Shown: positions 27,153-36,462 of the stretch, piece by piece
Layout: the number at the start of each line of letters is the position of its first letter
How positions within the stretch are numbered: the stretch's first letter is position 1
NCBI GenBank assembly: GCA_910584155.1
Contig: CAJTYG010000002.1
Coordinates: 141,381 to 205,380 of the forward strand
Reading direction: 5' to 3'
Source: an uncultured Christensenella sp.
GTDB taxonomy: Bacteria; Bacillota; Clostridia; Christensenellales; CAG-917
DNA length: 64,000 nt
Translations under genes and position numbers: made by a program
Notes under the pieces: model-generated
Databases searched by the model: none
What the model saw: only the letters and a program-made list of their open reading frames with translations
Told to the model about the DNA's origin: nothing

Positions 27153-27164
27153 CGTTATAAAAAT

Positions 27165-27716
27165 TTATTTGTCCTGCGGATTATATCTTGTATAGCGTAT
27201 ATCTATCCCCTTTTCTTTGAGCATATTTTCTACAAGCTCCGTATCGCTGTCGTTTGCGCCTACCCAACACCGCTTTTTGCCGTTTTTTCCGTACAAAGTG
27301 ATAGAATTGTACATCGTTTCATTTTTTAAAACCATAGCATAGGCGAAGTCGCCGTAATCGAAGCTTTCAGTTTTAATAAAAAATCGATACACCGTCACTC
27401 CGTCCTGAGTGAATCGTATCTGCGCAAAGCTTAAAATACTGTAGCTTATCATCAAAATCACTGCAACGCACAGCGTCAAAGCATATAGTGCAATATTACG
27501 AATTAAAAGGTTTATCACAAAAAATATTATTGCACAAAAAAGCACCTCACAGCCAAACGCTATGCTTGTTTTAAAATCGCCTTCTATCTTAAAATCGTTT
27601 GGCTCTTTAGGCTTAGGCGACCTTTTATTTGCGCAAAAGCGAACGATTTTGTATGTCATAACAATAAGCGCATACAGCATTGTTACAGACAGTAATGTGA
27701 ACGCCGCTATCGTCAT
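27165..27716 (-). CDS. hypothetical membrane protein
   Basis: 183 aa with three predicted TM helices in the N-terminal half and a soluble C-terminal domain. No recognised motif. Confidence 0.6.
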   Translation of the reverse strand: MTIAAFTLLSVTMLYALIVMTYKIVRFCANKRSPKPKEPNDFKIEGDFKTSIAFGCEVLFCAIIFFVINLLIRNIALYALTLCVAVILMISYSILSFAQIRFTQDGVTVYRFFIKTESFDYGDFAYAMVLKNETMYNSITLYGKNGKKRCWVGANDSDTELVENMLKEKGIDIRYTRYNPQDK

Positions 27717-27731
27717 TGTTTCCCCCCCCTC

Positions 27732-29600
27732 TCAATGCGAGCGATTTTTGTGTTTTGACAAATGCTTTGCCAAAACCGTGATAACTACCGTAAGCACAAC
27801 AATAGCCAAAGCCGTTGCCACTACGATGGAAATGACATTGAGCACCGTCCTGCGATGAGTCTCTTCCGTCGGTTGCATAACCGTCAAAACCATTTCCTCG
27901 CTTGAAAAATTGTCTATCTTAAATTTTATTTTATAATCGCCGTTTCCCTGAGGAATGAAATCAAAGGACGGTCCCACGTGCAGCATCACATCGTTGACAT
28001 ACCATTTTACGGAAACAGCTTCGTCTGCGGACAAATTTTGCAAGCCGTCTATCTGCACATGATATGGCTTGCCTATCTCAAGCCCATTATTTAAAACCTT
28101 CTTGCCGCCCTCATCAAATGCTGATAGCTTCATGGACGAAACGTATTCGCCCGTCACTTTCGCATAATCTACGGTAATATTGACGGAGCTTGCAAGAGTA
28201 AAGCTCTCGCCCGATTCGTTGTGATAGTCCCAAACAGCGTCGATTTTTGTCGATCCGACCTTATTTTTGGGCGTATATTCTATATTGAAGCCGCTGCCTA
28301 TGAGCTCGTCGCCTATAAACCAACGCACGCTGCCTTTCCCTCTATACGTATTTGGCAGCACATTCAATTTGAGCTCGACGGGCTTTATTGAGCCTAATCT
28401 TTGCAATGAGAGAGATTCGTCAAATACGATAGAAGCTTCTGCCGACGTCACGCCGACCAAAGCATTGATATCAAATATCTTATGCTCGTCGCCGCCCTTT
28501 TTCAACGTATCCGTAAAAGCGTTGCGTACAAGCTCTGCAATCTCCTGCGGACTTTTGTGCTTTGCGCTATCGCCCGCAATCGCAGCATGCTTCATCGTGA
28601 CAAGCGCAGTGCCGAACGCCACTACAGGCGACGCCATGCTTGTGCCCGACAGCATCTTATATTTGTCGAAATCGTAAGTTTTATTGCTTGTATCATTGCC
28701 TGCCTTCGCACTGTAAATTGCGTCACCGGGTGCGCAAAGGTCATAGTAAGTGCCGAAATTTGACGAGTCGCTCAGCTTAAGCTCGGTTTCCCCGCTTCTC
28801 TTCTGCCGATAATTCATCACTCCGATTACGTTTGAGAGCGCAGCGGGATAGCGCTTCACGTTGCGCCAATCATTGCCTGCGGCAGCGACAAGCACCGTCT
28901 TTTCATGCATAGAGGAATATTTTATATCTGCGAAGCTCTCCTGCTCGGAGGACAGCGACAAATTTACCGCACTCGCACCCTTTGAAATGGCAAATTCGAT
29001 AGCTTTCTTTACACTGCTGCCTGTAAAATTTTTTCCGCTTGAAGCTTTTATCGGCAGAATTTTGATGTATTGCTCGAGGTCGAGACTGTGTATCAGCGTA
29101 GCTATTATCCCGCATACGTGAGTTCCGTGCTTGTCGGACGCATCGTCGACGACGTTGCTGTCGCTATATCCCGACGCCGTGTTTTTCACAATGGGGTTGC
29201 CAAGCGTGTCACGCAGTATAACGTCATATTTTCCAATGCCGTTTTCATCGACCTCGCCTTCGGAATAAACGCCGTTATCACCGTACTTTCCCGTAAACAG
29301 CTCGTGCGTAAGGTCTATACCGCTGTCGATGACGGCAACTATGATCGGGTGCTTCTTTAGATACTCAAAATCGTATGCTTCGTCCGCTTTCCAGCTTGCG
29401 ACCGTGCGCTTCAGAGTGCTCAGTCCAAGGTAGTCGTCGCCTGCCCACCAATCAAGTCCGTTGCCCGTCACATCCGTGACGTAATCGACCGGCAAAATAG
29501 CATTTGCAATGTCGGTCGGGCAAAACAGAATTGAAGACAGTATCAGCACAAAGGCAAACATCAATACGAAATTTGCCTGTGTCCTGCGCACTTTGGTCAT
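27732..29600 (-). CDS. secreted S8 serine peptidase with C-terminal Ig-like region and TM anchor
   Basis: ATG at 29600 has a GAGGTG RBS. Signal/TM sequence FVLMFAFVLILSSILF. Triad motifs VAVIDSGIDLTH, HGTHVCGIIAT, SGTSMASPVVAF. C-terminal TM plus a basic tail. Confidence 0.88.
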   Translation of the reverse strand: MTKVRRTQANFVLMFAFVLILSSILFCPTDIANAILPVDYVTDVTGNGLDWWAGDDYLGLSTLKRTVASWKADEAYDFEYLKKHPIIVAVIDSGIDLTHELFTGKYGDNGVYSEGEVDENGIGKYDVILRDTLGNPIVKNTASGYSDSNVVDDASDKHGTHVCGIIATLIHSLDLEQYIKILPIKASSGKNFTGSSVKKAIEFAISKGASAVNLSLSSEQESFADIKYSSMHEKTVLVAAAGNDWRNVKRYPAALSNVIGVMNYRQKRSGETELKLSDSSNFGTYYDLCAPGDAIYSAKAGNDTSNKTYDFDKYKMLSGTSMASPVVAFGTALVTMKHAAIAGDSAKHKSPQEIAELVRNAFTDTLKKGGDEHKIFDINALVGVTSAEASIVFDESLSLQRLGSIKPVELKLNVLPNTYRGKGSVRWFIGDELIGSGFNIEYTPKNKVGSTKIDAVWDYHNESGESFTLASSVNITVDYAKVTGEYVSSMKLSAFDEGGKKVLNNGLEIGKPYHVQIDGLQNLSADEAVSVKWYVNDVMLHVGPSFDFIPQGNGDYKIKFKIDNFSSEEMVLTVMQPTEETHRRTVLNVISIVVATALAIVVLTVVITVLAKHLSKHKNRSH

Positions 29601-29727
29601 ACGCACCTCATTTATAGTCATATAATAAATTATAATATATGATATATTATTTGTACATATATTTTGCAAATCTTAACTAAATCTTGACTAAAATTTGACA
29701 AAAATCGTTATTCTAAACGAATGAATT

Positions 29728-29760
29728 ATAAAAAATAATCTCGCCGCAGCGAGATTATTT
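29728..29760 (-). terminator. rho-independent terminator of the WG-repeat protein gene
   Basis: Stem ATAATCTCGC / GCGAGATTAT with a 4-nt loop. On the minus strand it is followed by TTTTTT. Confidence 0.8.
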
Positions 29761-29790
29761 ACACATTTTTTGCTCTTTTTATGTCCGAAA

Positions 29791-30675
29791 TCAGATCCAA
29801 GTAAGCTTGCCGTCTTTTGTGACAGTAGCCCACTTCCCGTCCTTTTTGACCTTTGCTTCTCCGTCCTCAAAGGGTGTGCCTGCAGAATATTCGAAGGCGA
29901 TCACCACTTCGTTATTTTTGTTGATATAGCCGCACTTTTCGCCCTTTGCCACCATTGCAAGCCCTTCCGAAAAGCTCATCGCAATATCATAGTCAAGCGG
30001 GATCACGACGTTGTTTTCGCTGTCGATATATCCGCACTTGCCGTCTATTTCCACAGAGGCAAGCCCCTCTTTAAAGCAAAACACCTCGTCGTACATTGCG
30101 GGTATGACGGTTTTAAAGCCGTCGCTGAAGCCCCACTTGCCGCCCTTCATTATTTTACGCCAATTATCCACCGAAAGAGGCTCGGTCAATTTTTCCTGTC
30201 TTTGCGTACGCTGCGGCGGCTGCTGTTGAGGCTTATTCTTTTCCGCCCGTCTGTCTGCAAGCCCGAATTTTGACGAGCGCTGCTCCTGCTTATCTAAGGC
30301 AGGCGCACTCCTTTGCGGCTTCTGAGAATTTGGGGCGCCGTCCTTTTGCTCGATTTGCTTTAATTGCTGAGAGGGCTTTTGAGGTTCCGCCCTCAATGCC
30401 ATATCCACCTTGCGCAAGGCGTCCTTTATCTCAAAAAGCATTTTTTTGTTGAAGCCCTGCACCTTGTACATATCCTTGTCTGTGCGCTTGATAAGATCGC
30501 CCGCAGTAGCTATCCTGCCTTTTGCAAGCAGCTCGCAGGTGGTCTCGCTTATGCCAAGCTCCGCAAGCGTATATGCAAGCTGCTCGGCGGTATATAAAGT
30601 ATCCGCAGCGGCGTCCTGCGACTGCGTTTGCGGCTTTTTATTTTTGTTGCGATAATAAAATTTTTTGTTTGCCAT
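29791..30675 (-). CDS. helix-hairpin-helix (RpoA-CTD-like) N-domain protein with C-terminal WG/KWG repeats
   Basis: The N-terminal ELGISETTCELLAKGRIATAGDLIKRT...GFNKKMLFEIKDAL resembles the RNAP alpha CTD HhH. A Q/P/K-rich linker follows. The C-terminus has repeated GKWGF / GKCGYID / EKCGYIN / DGKWATV units. Confidence 0.65.
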   Translation of the reverse strand: MANKKFYYRNKNKKPQTQSQDAAADTLYTAEQLAYTLAELGISETTCELLAKGRIATAGDLIKRTDKDMYKVQGFNKKMLFEIKDALRKVDMALRAEPQKPSQQLKQIEQKDGAPNSQKPQRSAPALDKQEQRSSKFGLADRRAEKNKPQQQPPQRTQRQEKLTEPLSVDNWRKIMKGGKWGFSDGFKTVIPAMYDEVFCFKEGLASVEIDGKCGYIDSENNVVIPLDYDIAMSFSEGLAMVAKGEKCGYINKNNEVVIAFEYSAGTPFEDGEAKVKKDGKWATVTKDGKLTWI

Positions 30676-30773
30676 AAATGTCCTTTGCTATATCTTAGCA
30701 TATTTATTATACTATTTCAAGTAATAAACCTATCAAAGTTGACTTTTGACTGCGCGGAAGTTATACTGTATTT

Positions 30774-33323
30774 ATGAAATTGTCGGTCAAATCATCAAAC
30801 AGTAAAATAAATAGCATTGTTGCCTTTGCCGTCCTGCTCGTCATATGTATGGCGGCGTTTTCGGTCGCACTTTTTAATACGTCACACGTGGCTTTGGCGG
30901 ACGACGCTCCCGTTCAGCCCGCAGACACCTTTTCCGTTGAATTTCCGACAGACTATATCCCGTCCGAAAACCCGACGCTAATCGCCGCAAACGCAAATTA
31001 TCTCGTCATCTACGACGAGGTTGCGTCCGCCCTGTACGTGCAGGGAAAGGGCATAAAGAACACTCGCACATATTTTGTGGATTTCGAGCTTGTTAAAACA
31101 ATAAAGGTCGTTGGCAATTCTGTATTTATTTATGCCGACGGCGATACGTTCACTGTCGATCTTACAAATGCGCTTGCGACGCCCGTACAGCATGAGCTGC
31201 CCTCGCCGCAGTCCGCCGACTACTTCAGAAGCGACGGCACGTATCTATATGCCCGCAACATCTACGGCGCATTTTCCGTCTACGACGAGCATATGCAGCT
31301 CGCCTCAATAGAAGTCAAGGACGAAAACGGCGACAATACCACCGTCACGATAGACAACTATACATATCTCGACAGCGAGGGCTATCCTATCTTTATGGGC
31401 AGAGAGATAGTGCTTGCAGTTTACGACCGCACGTTTTATCTGTTTAGCAGCGAAAGCAACAAAGCGCCCCTTTTCACCGTTTTCGATCCGTTTTTGCAAA
31501 CTAAAAGCGACGGCACCAAAACCGACTATATAACCGAAGCATACGTCGGCAACAACGTCGTTGTCGGTCAGCTTGCCGAAAGACCTAACGAGGCGGAGCG
31601 TGGCAAGCCCTTTCTCGTTGCGCTGAACAAGGTCACGGGACGTCAGATATTCAAATCGGAAATAGTACCTGACAGCTTCTGTGTATATGCGGACAGGCTG
31701 TTCACCATAGAGGGCAAGCAAATCATCACCTACTCTCTTGACGAGGTGGAAATCGACGGCGAGTTTTATTACACGGGCTTTAAAAAGCTTTCCACTGTGA
31801 GTATGGCGGGCAACGACGCCTATCACCTCGATACGCCGTCAGACATAATTCCGTTCGGAACGGGCTTTGCAGTAGCCGACACAAACAACGCACGCATAGC
31901 ATACATAGGCTCACAGCCCGCAATGACTTCGGTATCTCTCGGCACAGCGCCGCTGAAGCTCGCTGCGGATATGACGGGCGTATATGCTCTTTGCGCAAAC
32001 GATACGATAATAAAGGTAGAAAACAACAAAGCCGTGCAAACGCTTACTGTGCAAAATGCGGTGGATATAGCCTGCCTTGCAGGCAAGCTGTACATATTAA
32101 AAACCGACGGTCTTTACGCTTCAATCGGCACTGAGACCGTTAAGCTTGCCGCCGTCCAAAACGGCAGACGGCTTGCATGCGCAAAAGACGGCACTAATAT
32201 TTACGTTCTCAAGGACGACGGTATAGACGTATACTCGACAAGCGGCGAGCTCATAAATCAACTGCACGCAAACCTTGCCTCCGCAGTAGATTTTGCGGTG
32301 GACTACGCAGGACAGATAGTCATAATGCGCAGTGACGGCTACGATATTTACGAAAACGACGGCACGCTAACCTTAAAGCAATCTACCCCACTTAAGTGTG
32401 AGGCTGCTGCTAAAGCGACTGTAAACTCAGTCTGTATTTATAAAAACTCCGTTTACTTTTCTGCCAAGGAGTGTCTTATAGGAAAAGTCACCGCAAGCTT
32501 GGGGCTTATTTCAAAGGACGATTTTGTTCCGTCTACGTTTGAGCCGTCCGCCGATATGAGCTATCATTTTGCAAAGCTGAAGGACGAAGTAAAGTCATAT
32601 GTATTCCCTGCCGACGGCAACATAGAAGCGATATATCCTGCGCCTAAGCAAACTGTACTCGTTTTTGACAGCGACAGCGAAAACGCATATGCGCTGCTTG
32701 ACGGAAACTGCTTTGTAATACGCAAAGCGGACTATGAACAGGTGCAAATCAACGCTTTAAACGACGATTATGCGACAAAGCAGGACACCGAGCTGTTTGC
32801 TCTGCCAAGCGTTTCAAACGGCAAAATAAGCGTAAACAGCGGCGTCAGAGTGGAACTTGTGTCCGATTGCGCAGATTTTGAAAATGCCAAATGGCTGCGT
32901 GTGCGCTACAACTCTCATATTTATTTTGTAGCTGCAAGCGACGTTGAAAAATACGTTGAGATCATTCCCGAAGAAGAGAAAGTATTTGGAAAAGCAAAGG
33001 CGCACAGAGTCGGCGGTTTAGTAAATATTTATGCCGAAGCAAACGATAGCAGCGCCGCCCTCACCCAAATCGTAGACGGCACAAAGGTTGAAGTTTTGGA
33101 TACTCTTGATGGCTTTTATCTTGTCAGATATGAGGATATCGTCGGATATATGGTAGACAAGGAAGTGCAGCTTGACGGCTTGACCACCGTGCAAATCATT
33201 GCTATCGCAGTTGCCTGTTTCGTTGCCGTCGCAGGTATAGGCGTGTTTATAGCGATAGAGGTCACAAAGAAAAAAGCCGACCAAAACGCACATAAAGCGG
33301 AAAGGCGCAACGAGCGCAAATAG
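30774..33323 (+). CDS. large surface protein with repeat-rich ectodomain, C-terminal SH3b-like modules and TM anchor
   Basis: 849 aa. Signal peptide ending ...VALA/DDAP. SH3b-like segments (KWLRVRYNSHIYFVAASDV, GFYLVRYEDIVGYMVDKEV). C-terminal TM plus a K/R tail. Confidence 0.75.
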   Translation: MKLSVKSSNSKINSIVAFAVLLVICMAAFSVALFNTSHVALADDAPVQPADTFSVEFPTDYIPSENPTLIAANANYLVIYDEVASALYVQGKGIKNTRTYFVDFELVKTIKVVGNSVFIYADGDTFTVDLTNALATPVQHELPSPQSADYFRSDGTYLYARNIYGAFSVYDEHMQLASIEVKDENGDNTTVTIDNYTYLDSEGYPIFMGREIVLAVYDRTFYLFSSESNKAPLFTVFDPFLQTKSDGTKTDYITEAYVGNNVVVGQLAERPNEAERGKPFLVALNKVTGRQIFKSEIVPDSFCVYADRLFTIEGKQIITYSLDEVEIDGEFYYTGFKKLSTVSMAGNDAYHLDTPSDIIPFGTGFAVADTNNARIAYIGSQPAMTSVSLGTAPLKLAADMTGVYALCANDTIIKVENNKAVQTLTVQNAVDIACLAGKLYILKTDGLYASIGTETVKLAAVQNGRRLACAKDGTNIYVLKDDGIDVYSTSGELINQLHANLASAVDFAVDYAGQIVIMRSDGYDIYENDGTLTLKQSTPLKCEAAAKATVNSVCIYKNSVYFSAKECLIGKVTASLGLISKDDFVPSTFEPSADMSYHFAKLKDEVKSYVFPADGNIEAIYPAPKQTVLVFDSDSENAYALLDGNCFVIRKADYEQVQINALNDDYATKQDTELFALPSVSNGKISVNSGVRVELVSDCADFENAKWLRVRYNSHIYFVAASDVEKYVEIIPEEEKVFGKAKAHRVGGLVNIYAEANDSSAALTQIVDGTKVEVLDTLDGFYLVRYEDIVGYMVDKEVQLDGLTTVQIIAIAVACFVAVAGIGVFIAIEVTKKKADQNAHKAERRNERK

Positions 33324-33393
33324 TTGTAAACCGCCCCGATTTTATATGAAATTACAGGCATTTTCCTACAAACGGATATAAAATGTGATATTT

Positions 33394-33420
33394 AAAAAGC
33401 GGACTTGCAGTCCGCTTTTT
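33394..33420. terminator. bidirectional rho-independent terminator between convergent genes
   Basis: AAAAAGCGGACT-TGC-AGTCCGCTTTTT, with an A tract on one side and a T tract on the other. Confidence 0.85.
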
Positions 33421-33437
33421 AATTGCCGTTTTTGCTA

Positions 33438-34010
33438 TTATAGCTTATCTTTTATTCCGTGATGACAGTCGGTGTATTGGTCTATATATTTTTCCAAAAT
33501 AGCGATAGCCTCATCGGCATTTTTCACACCGTACACCTTGTCGTCCTCAATTTGCGGATAGCGCACACGGTAGTCAAGTCTTGTGCCTGCGACCTTTGCG
33601 CTCCAGCCGTCGCCGTCCTCAAACGCAAGTATGAGGCGCTTAAACGTCCACGCCGTAGACAGCTCGCACAGAGTGCCTGCCCCACCGCCGACTGCGATTA
33701 CTGCGTCAGAGTTTGCCACGATGATGTTGCGATATACGTCAAGCCCCGTTGCGATGACGATATCGGCAAAGCCGTTTGTTTTGGTGCGGTCAAACTGCGG
33801 CATTATTGCGATAGTGTCGCCGTCCTGATAAAACTTCGACGCCTTTGCGCCCTCGAAAGCGGCTTTCATCACGCCGCCCATTCCGCCGGAAACAACACGG
33901 TAGCCGTTGTCTACAAGCGCCTTGCCCATTTCATATGCGAACGCCCGCTTATTGCTGTCGTTGTCGACCACTGCGTCGCCGATTATTGATACGATTTTTT
34001 TCATATTCAC
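33438..34010 (-). CDS. TIGR00725/LOG-like (SLOG Rossmann-fold) family protein
   Basis: 190 aa. VVSGGMGGVMKAAFEGA and AVGGGAGTLCEL are typical of the LOG/TIGR00725 fold. Confidence 0.7.
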   Translation of the reverse strand: MNMKKIVSIIGDAVVDNDSNKRAFAYEMGKALVDNGYRVVSGGMGGVMKAAFEGAKASKFYQDGDTIAIMPQFDRTKTNGFADIVIATGLDVYRNIIVANSDAVIAVGGGAGTLCELSTAWTFKRLILAFEDGDGWSAKVAGTRLDYRVRYPQIEDDKVYGVKNADEAIAILEKYIDQYTDCHHGIKDKL

Positions 34011-34254
34011 CTCAGATATTCTCTCTTATTATACGTATTGCAGTGCGTTTTTGTATAAACATTTTAAACATATTATCACTCTTTTAAAGCATTTTCAATA
34101 TTATATGCCAAATTAAACTTCATTTTGCAGTCAAAATAATAAAAATTGTCCGTTTTTTAGCATATTGAAAAATTTGCAGTTGATATTTTGCCGCTTGTAT
34201 GATAAAATTTAAAAAATTTACATATAGTTAAACACCTAATAAAAGAGGCACGAT

Positions 34255-35439
34255 ATGATAGATTATTCGTCACTGTTGAACCCCGTAGCACAGCAAATCA
34301 AGCCGTCGGGGATAAGAAAGTTTTTCGGTATAGCCGCAACGAGAAAGGACTGCATATCTCTCGGCGTAGGCGAACCCGATTTTTCTACGCCTACTATTTT
34401 CAGTCAGGCAGGCATAAAAAGCATAAACGCAGGCAAAACGCACTACACCGCAAACGCAGGTCTGTTTGAGCTGAGAGATTTGATTGCAAAATATACAAAG
34501 CAGTTTTTAAACGTAGAATACGATCCAAACGATGAAATTCTGATAACCGTCGGAGCTTCCGAGGGTATCGACGTTGCGCTGAGATCCGTATGCGCCGCAG
34601 GCGACGAGATACTCATTCCCGAGCCGTGCTTTGTATGCTATGCGCCCTTGGTCTCGCTTTGCGGCGGCACGCCCGTGCCTATCGAGTGCACTATCGAGGA
34701 CGAATTTAAGCTTACGCCGGCACTGCTCGAGGCAAAGATAACGCCCAAAACCAAAGGACTTTTGCTTGCATATCCCAACAACCCAACGGGCGCCGTTATG
34801 GACGAGGAGGATTTGCTCAAAATAGTGCCTATCATAAAAGAACATAACCTCATCGTTTTGAGCGACGAAATTTACGGCGAGCTTGTATATGACGGACTTA
34901 AATTCACGTCGATCGCATCCCTAGAGGGGATGAGGGAACGCACAATAGTCATCAGCGGCTTTTCAAAATACTTTGCAATGACGGGCTGGCGACTCGGCTA
35001 TGTCTGCGCCCCGAGAGAAATCATCGAGGTGATGCACAAAATACATCAGTATGCCATTATGTGTGCGTCCACCGTTGCGCAATATACGGCGTATGAGGCG
35101 CTCAACACCTCGCTCAAAAACGGCTTCAAGGAAGTCCACGAAATGATGGAAATTTATGACGAGCGCCGCAGATACATATTGAAACGTCTTGACGAAATGG
35201 GGCTTGACTGCTTCAGACCGAGAGGTGCGTTTTATGTTTTCCCGAGCGTCAAATCAACGGGAATGGACGGCGAAGCTTTTGCCTATGCCCTGCTCGACGC
35301 CAAAAACGTGGCGGTCGTCCCCGGCGGCGCATTTGGAAAGAGCGGAAAGGACTTTATAAGGATAAGCTACGCTTATTCGCTTGAAGTCATCGAAAAAGCG
35401 TTTGACCTTATCGAAGAATTTTTAAAAGAAATAAGATAA
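34255..35439 (+). CDS. PLP-dependent aminotransferase, class I/II (AspC/PatA-like)
   Basis: 394 aa. NPTGAVM and the PLP-lysine region SGFSKYFAMTGWRLGY. Confidence 0.9.
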   Translation: MIDYSSLLNPVAQQIKPSGIRKFFGIAATRKDCISLGVGEPDFSTPTIFSQAGIKSINAGKTHYTANAGLFELRDLIAKYTKQFLNVEYDPNDEILITVGASEGIDVALRSVCAAGDEILIPEPCFVCYAPLVSLCGGTPVPIECTIEDEFKLTPALLEAKITPKTKGLLLAYPNNPTGAVMDEEDLLKIVPIIKEHNLIVLSDEIYGELVYDGLKFTSIASLEGMRERTIVISGFSKYFAMTGWRLGYVCAPREIIEVMHKIHQYAIMCASTVAQYTAYEALNTSLKNGFKEVHEMMEIYDERRRYILKRLDEMGLDCFRPRGAFYVFPSVKSTGMDGEAFAYALLDAKNVAVVPGGAFGKSGKDFIRISYAYSLEVIEKAFDLIEEFLKEIR

Positions 35440-35459
35440 TTAAATTTAGTCAAATATAT

Positions 35460-35487
35460 AAAACGGACGCTTGAAGCGTCCGTTTTG
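35460..35487 (+). terminator. rho-independent terminator of the aminotransferase gene
   Basis: AAAACGGACGC-TTGAA-GCGTCCGTTTT. Confidence 0.8.
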
Positions 35488-35496
35488 TATATATAA

Positions 35497-35625
35497 AGCC
35501 TATTTTCTGTTTACTTTAACCTGCTTTAATTTACTTAAACTTACTTTAGTTTGCTTGAGCTTATAAGTTTGTGCGAGCTTTATTTTCAGTTTGCTTTAGC
35601 TTACTTTAGTTTGCTTGCTTATATG
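35497..35625. repeat. degenerate ~9-10-bp periodic T-rich repeat tract (TTTRCTTWAG-like units)
   Basis: About 11 consecutive units, e.g. TTACTTTAA, CTGCTTTAA, TTTACTTAAA, CTTACTTTAG, TTTGCTTGAG. The 17-mer CTTACTTTAGTTTGCTT occurs twice, and the second copy overlaps the folD stop. Confidence 0.6.
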
Positions 35626-36454
35626 CCTTGAGCGTATTTGCTATGAGCATAGTCACCGTCATGGGACCTACGCCGCCGGGGACGGGCGTGATATACGAGC
35701 ATTTATCCGCAACGTCCGCAAAATCGACATCGCCGCAAAGCTTGCCGTTTTCGTCCCTGTCCATTCCGACGTCTATTACGACTGCGCCGTCCTTTACCAT
35801 ATTTGCCTTTAAAAACTTCGCCTTTCCTATCGCAACGACAACGATATCCGCCTGCGACGTGACCTCTGCAAGATTTTTTGTGCGTGAATGGCAAAGCGTG
35901 ACTGTGCAGTTTCTGTCAAGCAGAAGCTGCGCCATAGGCTTTCCAACAAGGTTTGAGCGACCTACCACGACCGCATTTTTGCCTTCGAGAGGAATATTGT
36001 AAAAATCGAGCAGCTTCATTACGCCAAACGGAGTACAGGCAATGAGGCTGTCACGTCCCGTCCAAAGCAAGCCCTTTTGCGCTGCCGTGCAACCGTCCAC
36101 GTCCTTTTCGGGCGCAATGAGGTCCACAAGCTTGTTTTCATCAAGATGCTTTGGAATGGGCAGCTGCAATATCATTCCAGTCACGTCGGGATCTTGATTT
36201 AACCGCTCTATTGTGCCTGCGACGTCCTCAAATGTGCTGTCCTCGGGCAGCTTGCACAGATACGATTTTATGCCCACTTCCTCGCACGCCTTGATTTTGT
36301 TGCGCACATAGACCTCTGACGCAGGGTTGTTGCCTACAAATATAACTGCAAGTCCTATTTCTCTTTTAAGACCACCTGCACGCATTGCTGCGACTTCCTG
36401 CGCTATCTGAGCACGTGTAGTTGCTGCGACAAGTTTTCCGTCGATTATCTGCAT
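35606..36454 (-). CDS. folD: bifunctional methylene-THF dehydrogenase / methenyl-THF cyclohydrolase
   Basis: 282 aa. MQIIDGKLVA, GLAVIFVGNNPASEVYVRNK, GRSNLVGKP, PVPGGVGPMTV. Confidence 0.96.
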   Translation of the reverse strand: MQIIDGKLVAATTRAQIAQEVAAMRAGGLKREIGLAVIFVGNNPASEVYVRNKIKACEEVGIKSYLCKLPEDSTFEDVAGTIERLNQDPDVTGMILQLPIPKHLDENKLVDLIAPEKDVDGCTAAQKGLLWTGRDSLIACTPFGVMKLLDFYNIPLEGKNAVVVGRSNLVGKPMAQLLLDRNCTVTLCHSRTKNLAEVTSQADIVVVAIGKAKFLKANMVKDGAVVIDVGMDRDENGKLCGDVDFADVADKCSYITPVPGGVGPMTVTMLIANTLKAYKQAN

Positions 36455-36462
36455 AGTCCCTC

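Noticed and set aside
35497-35625. CRISPR array or minisatellite-encoded peptide
   Set aside because: The units are only 9-10 bp, degenerate and contiguous, without spacers. No cas genes are present, and the tract is mostly outside coding sequence.
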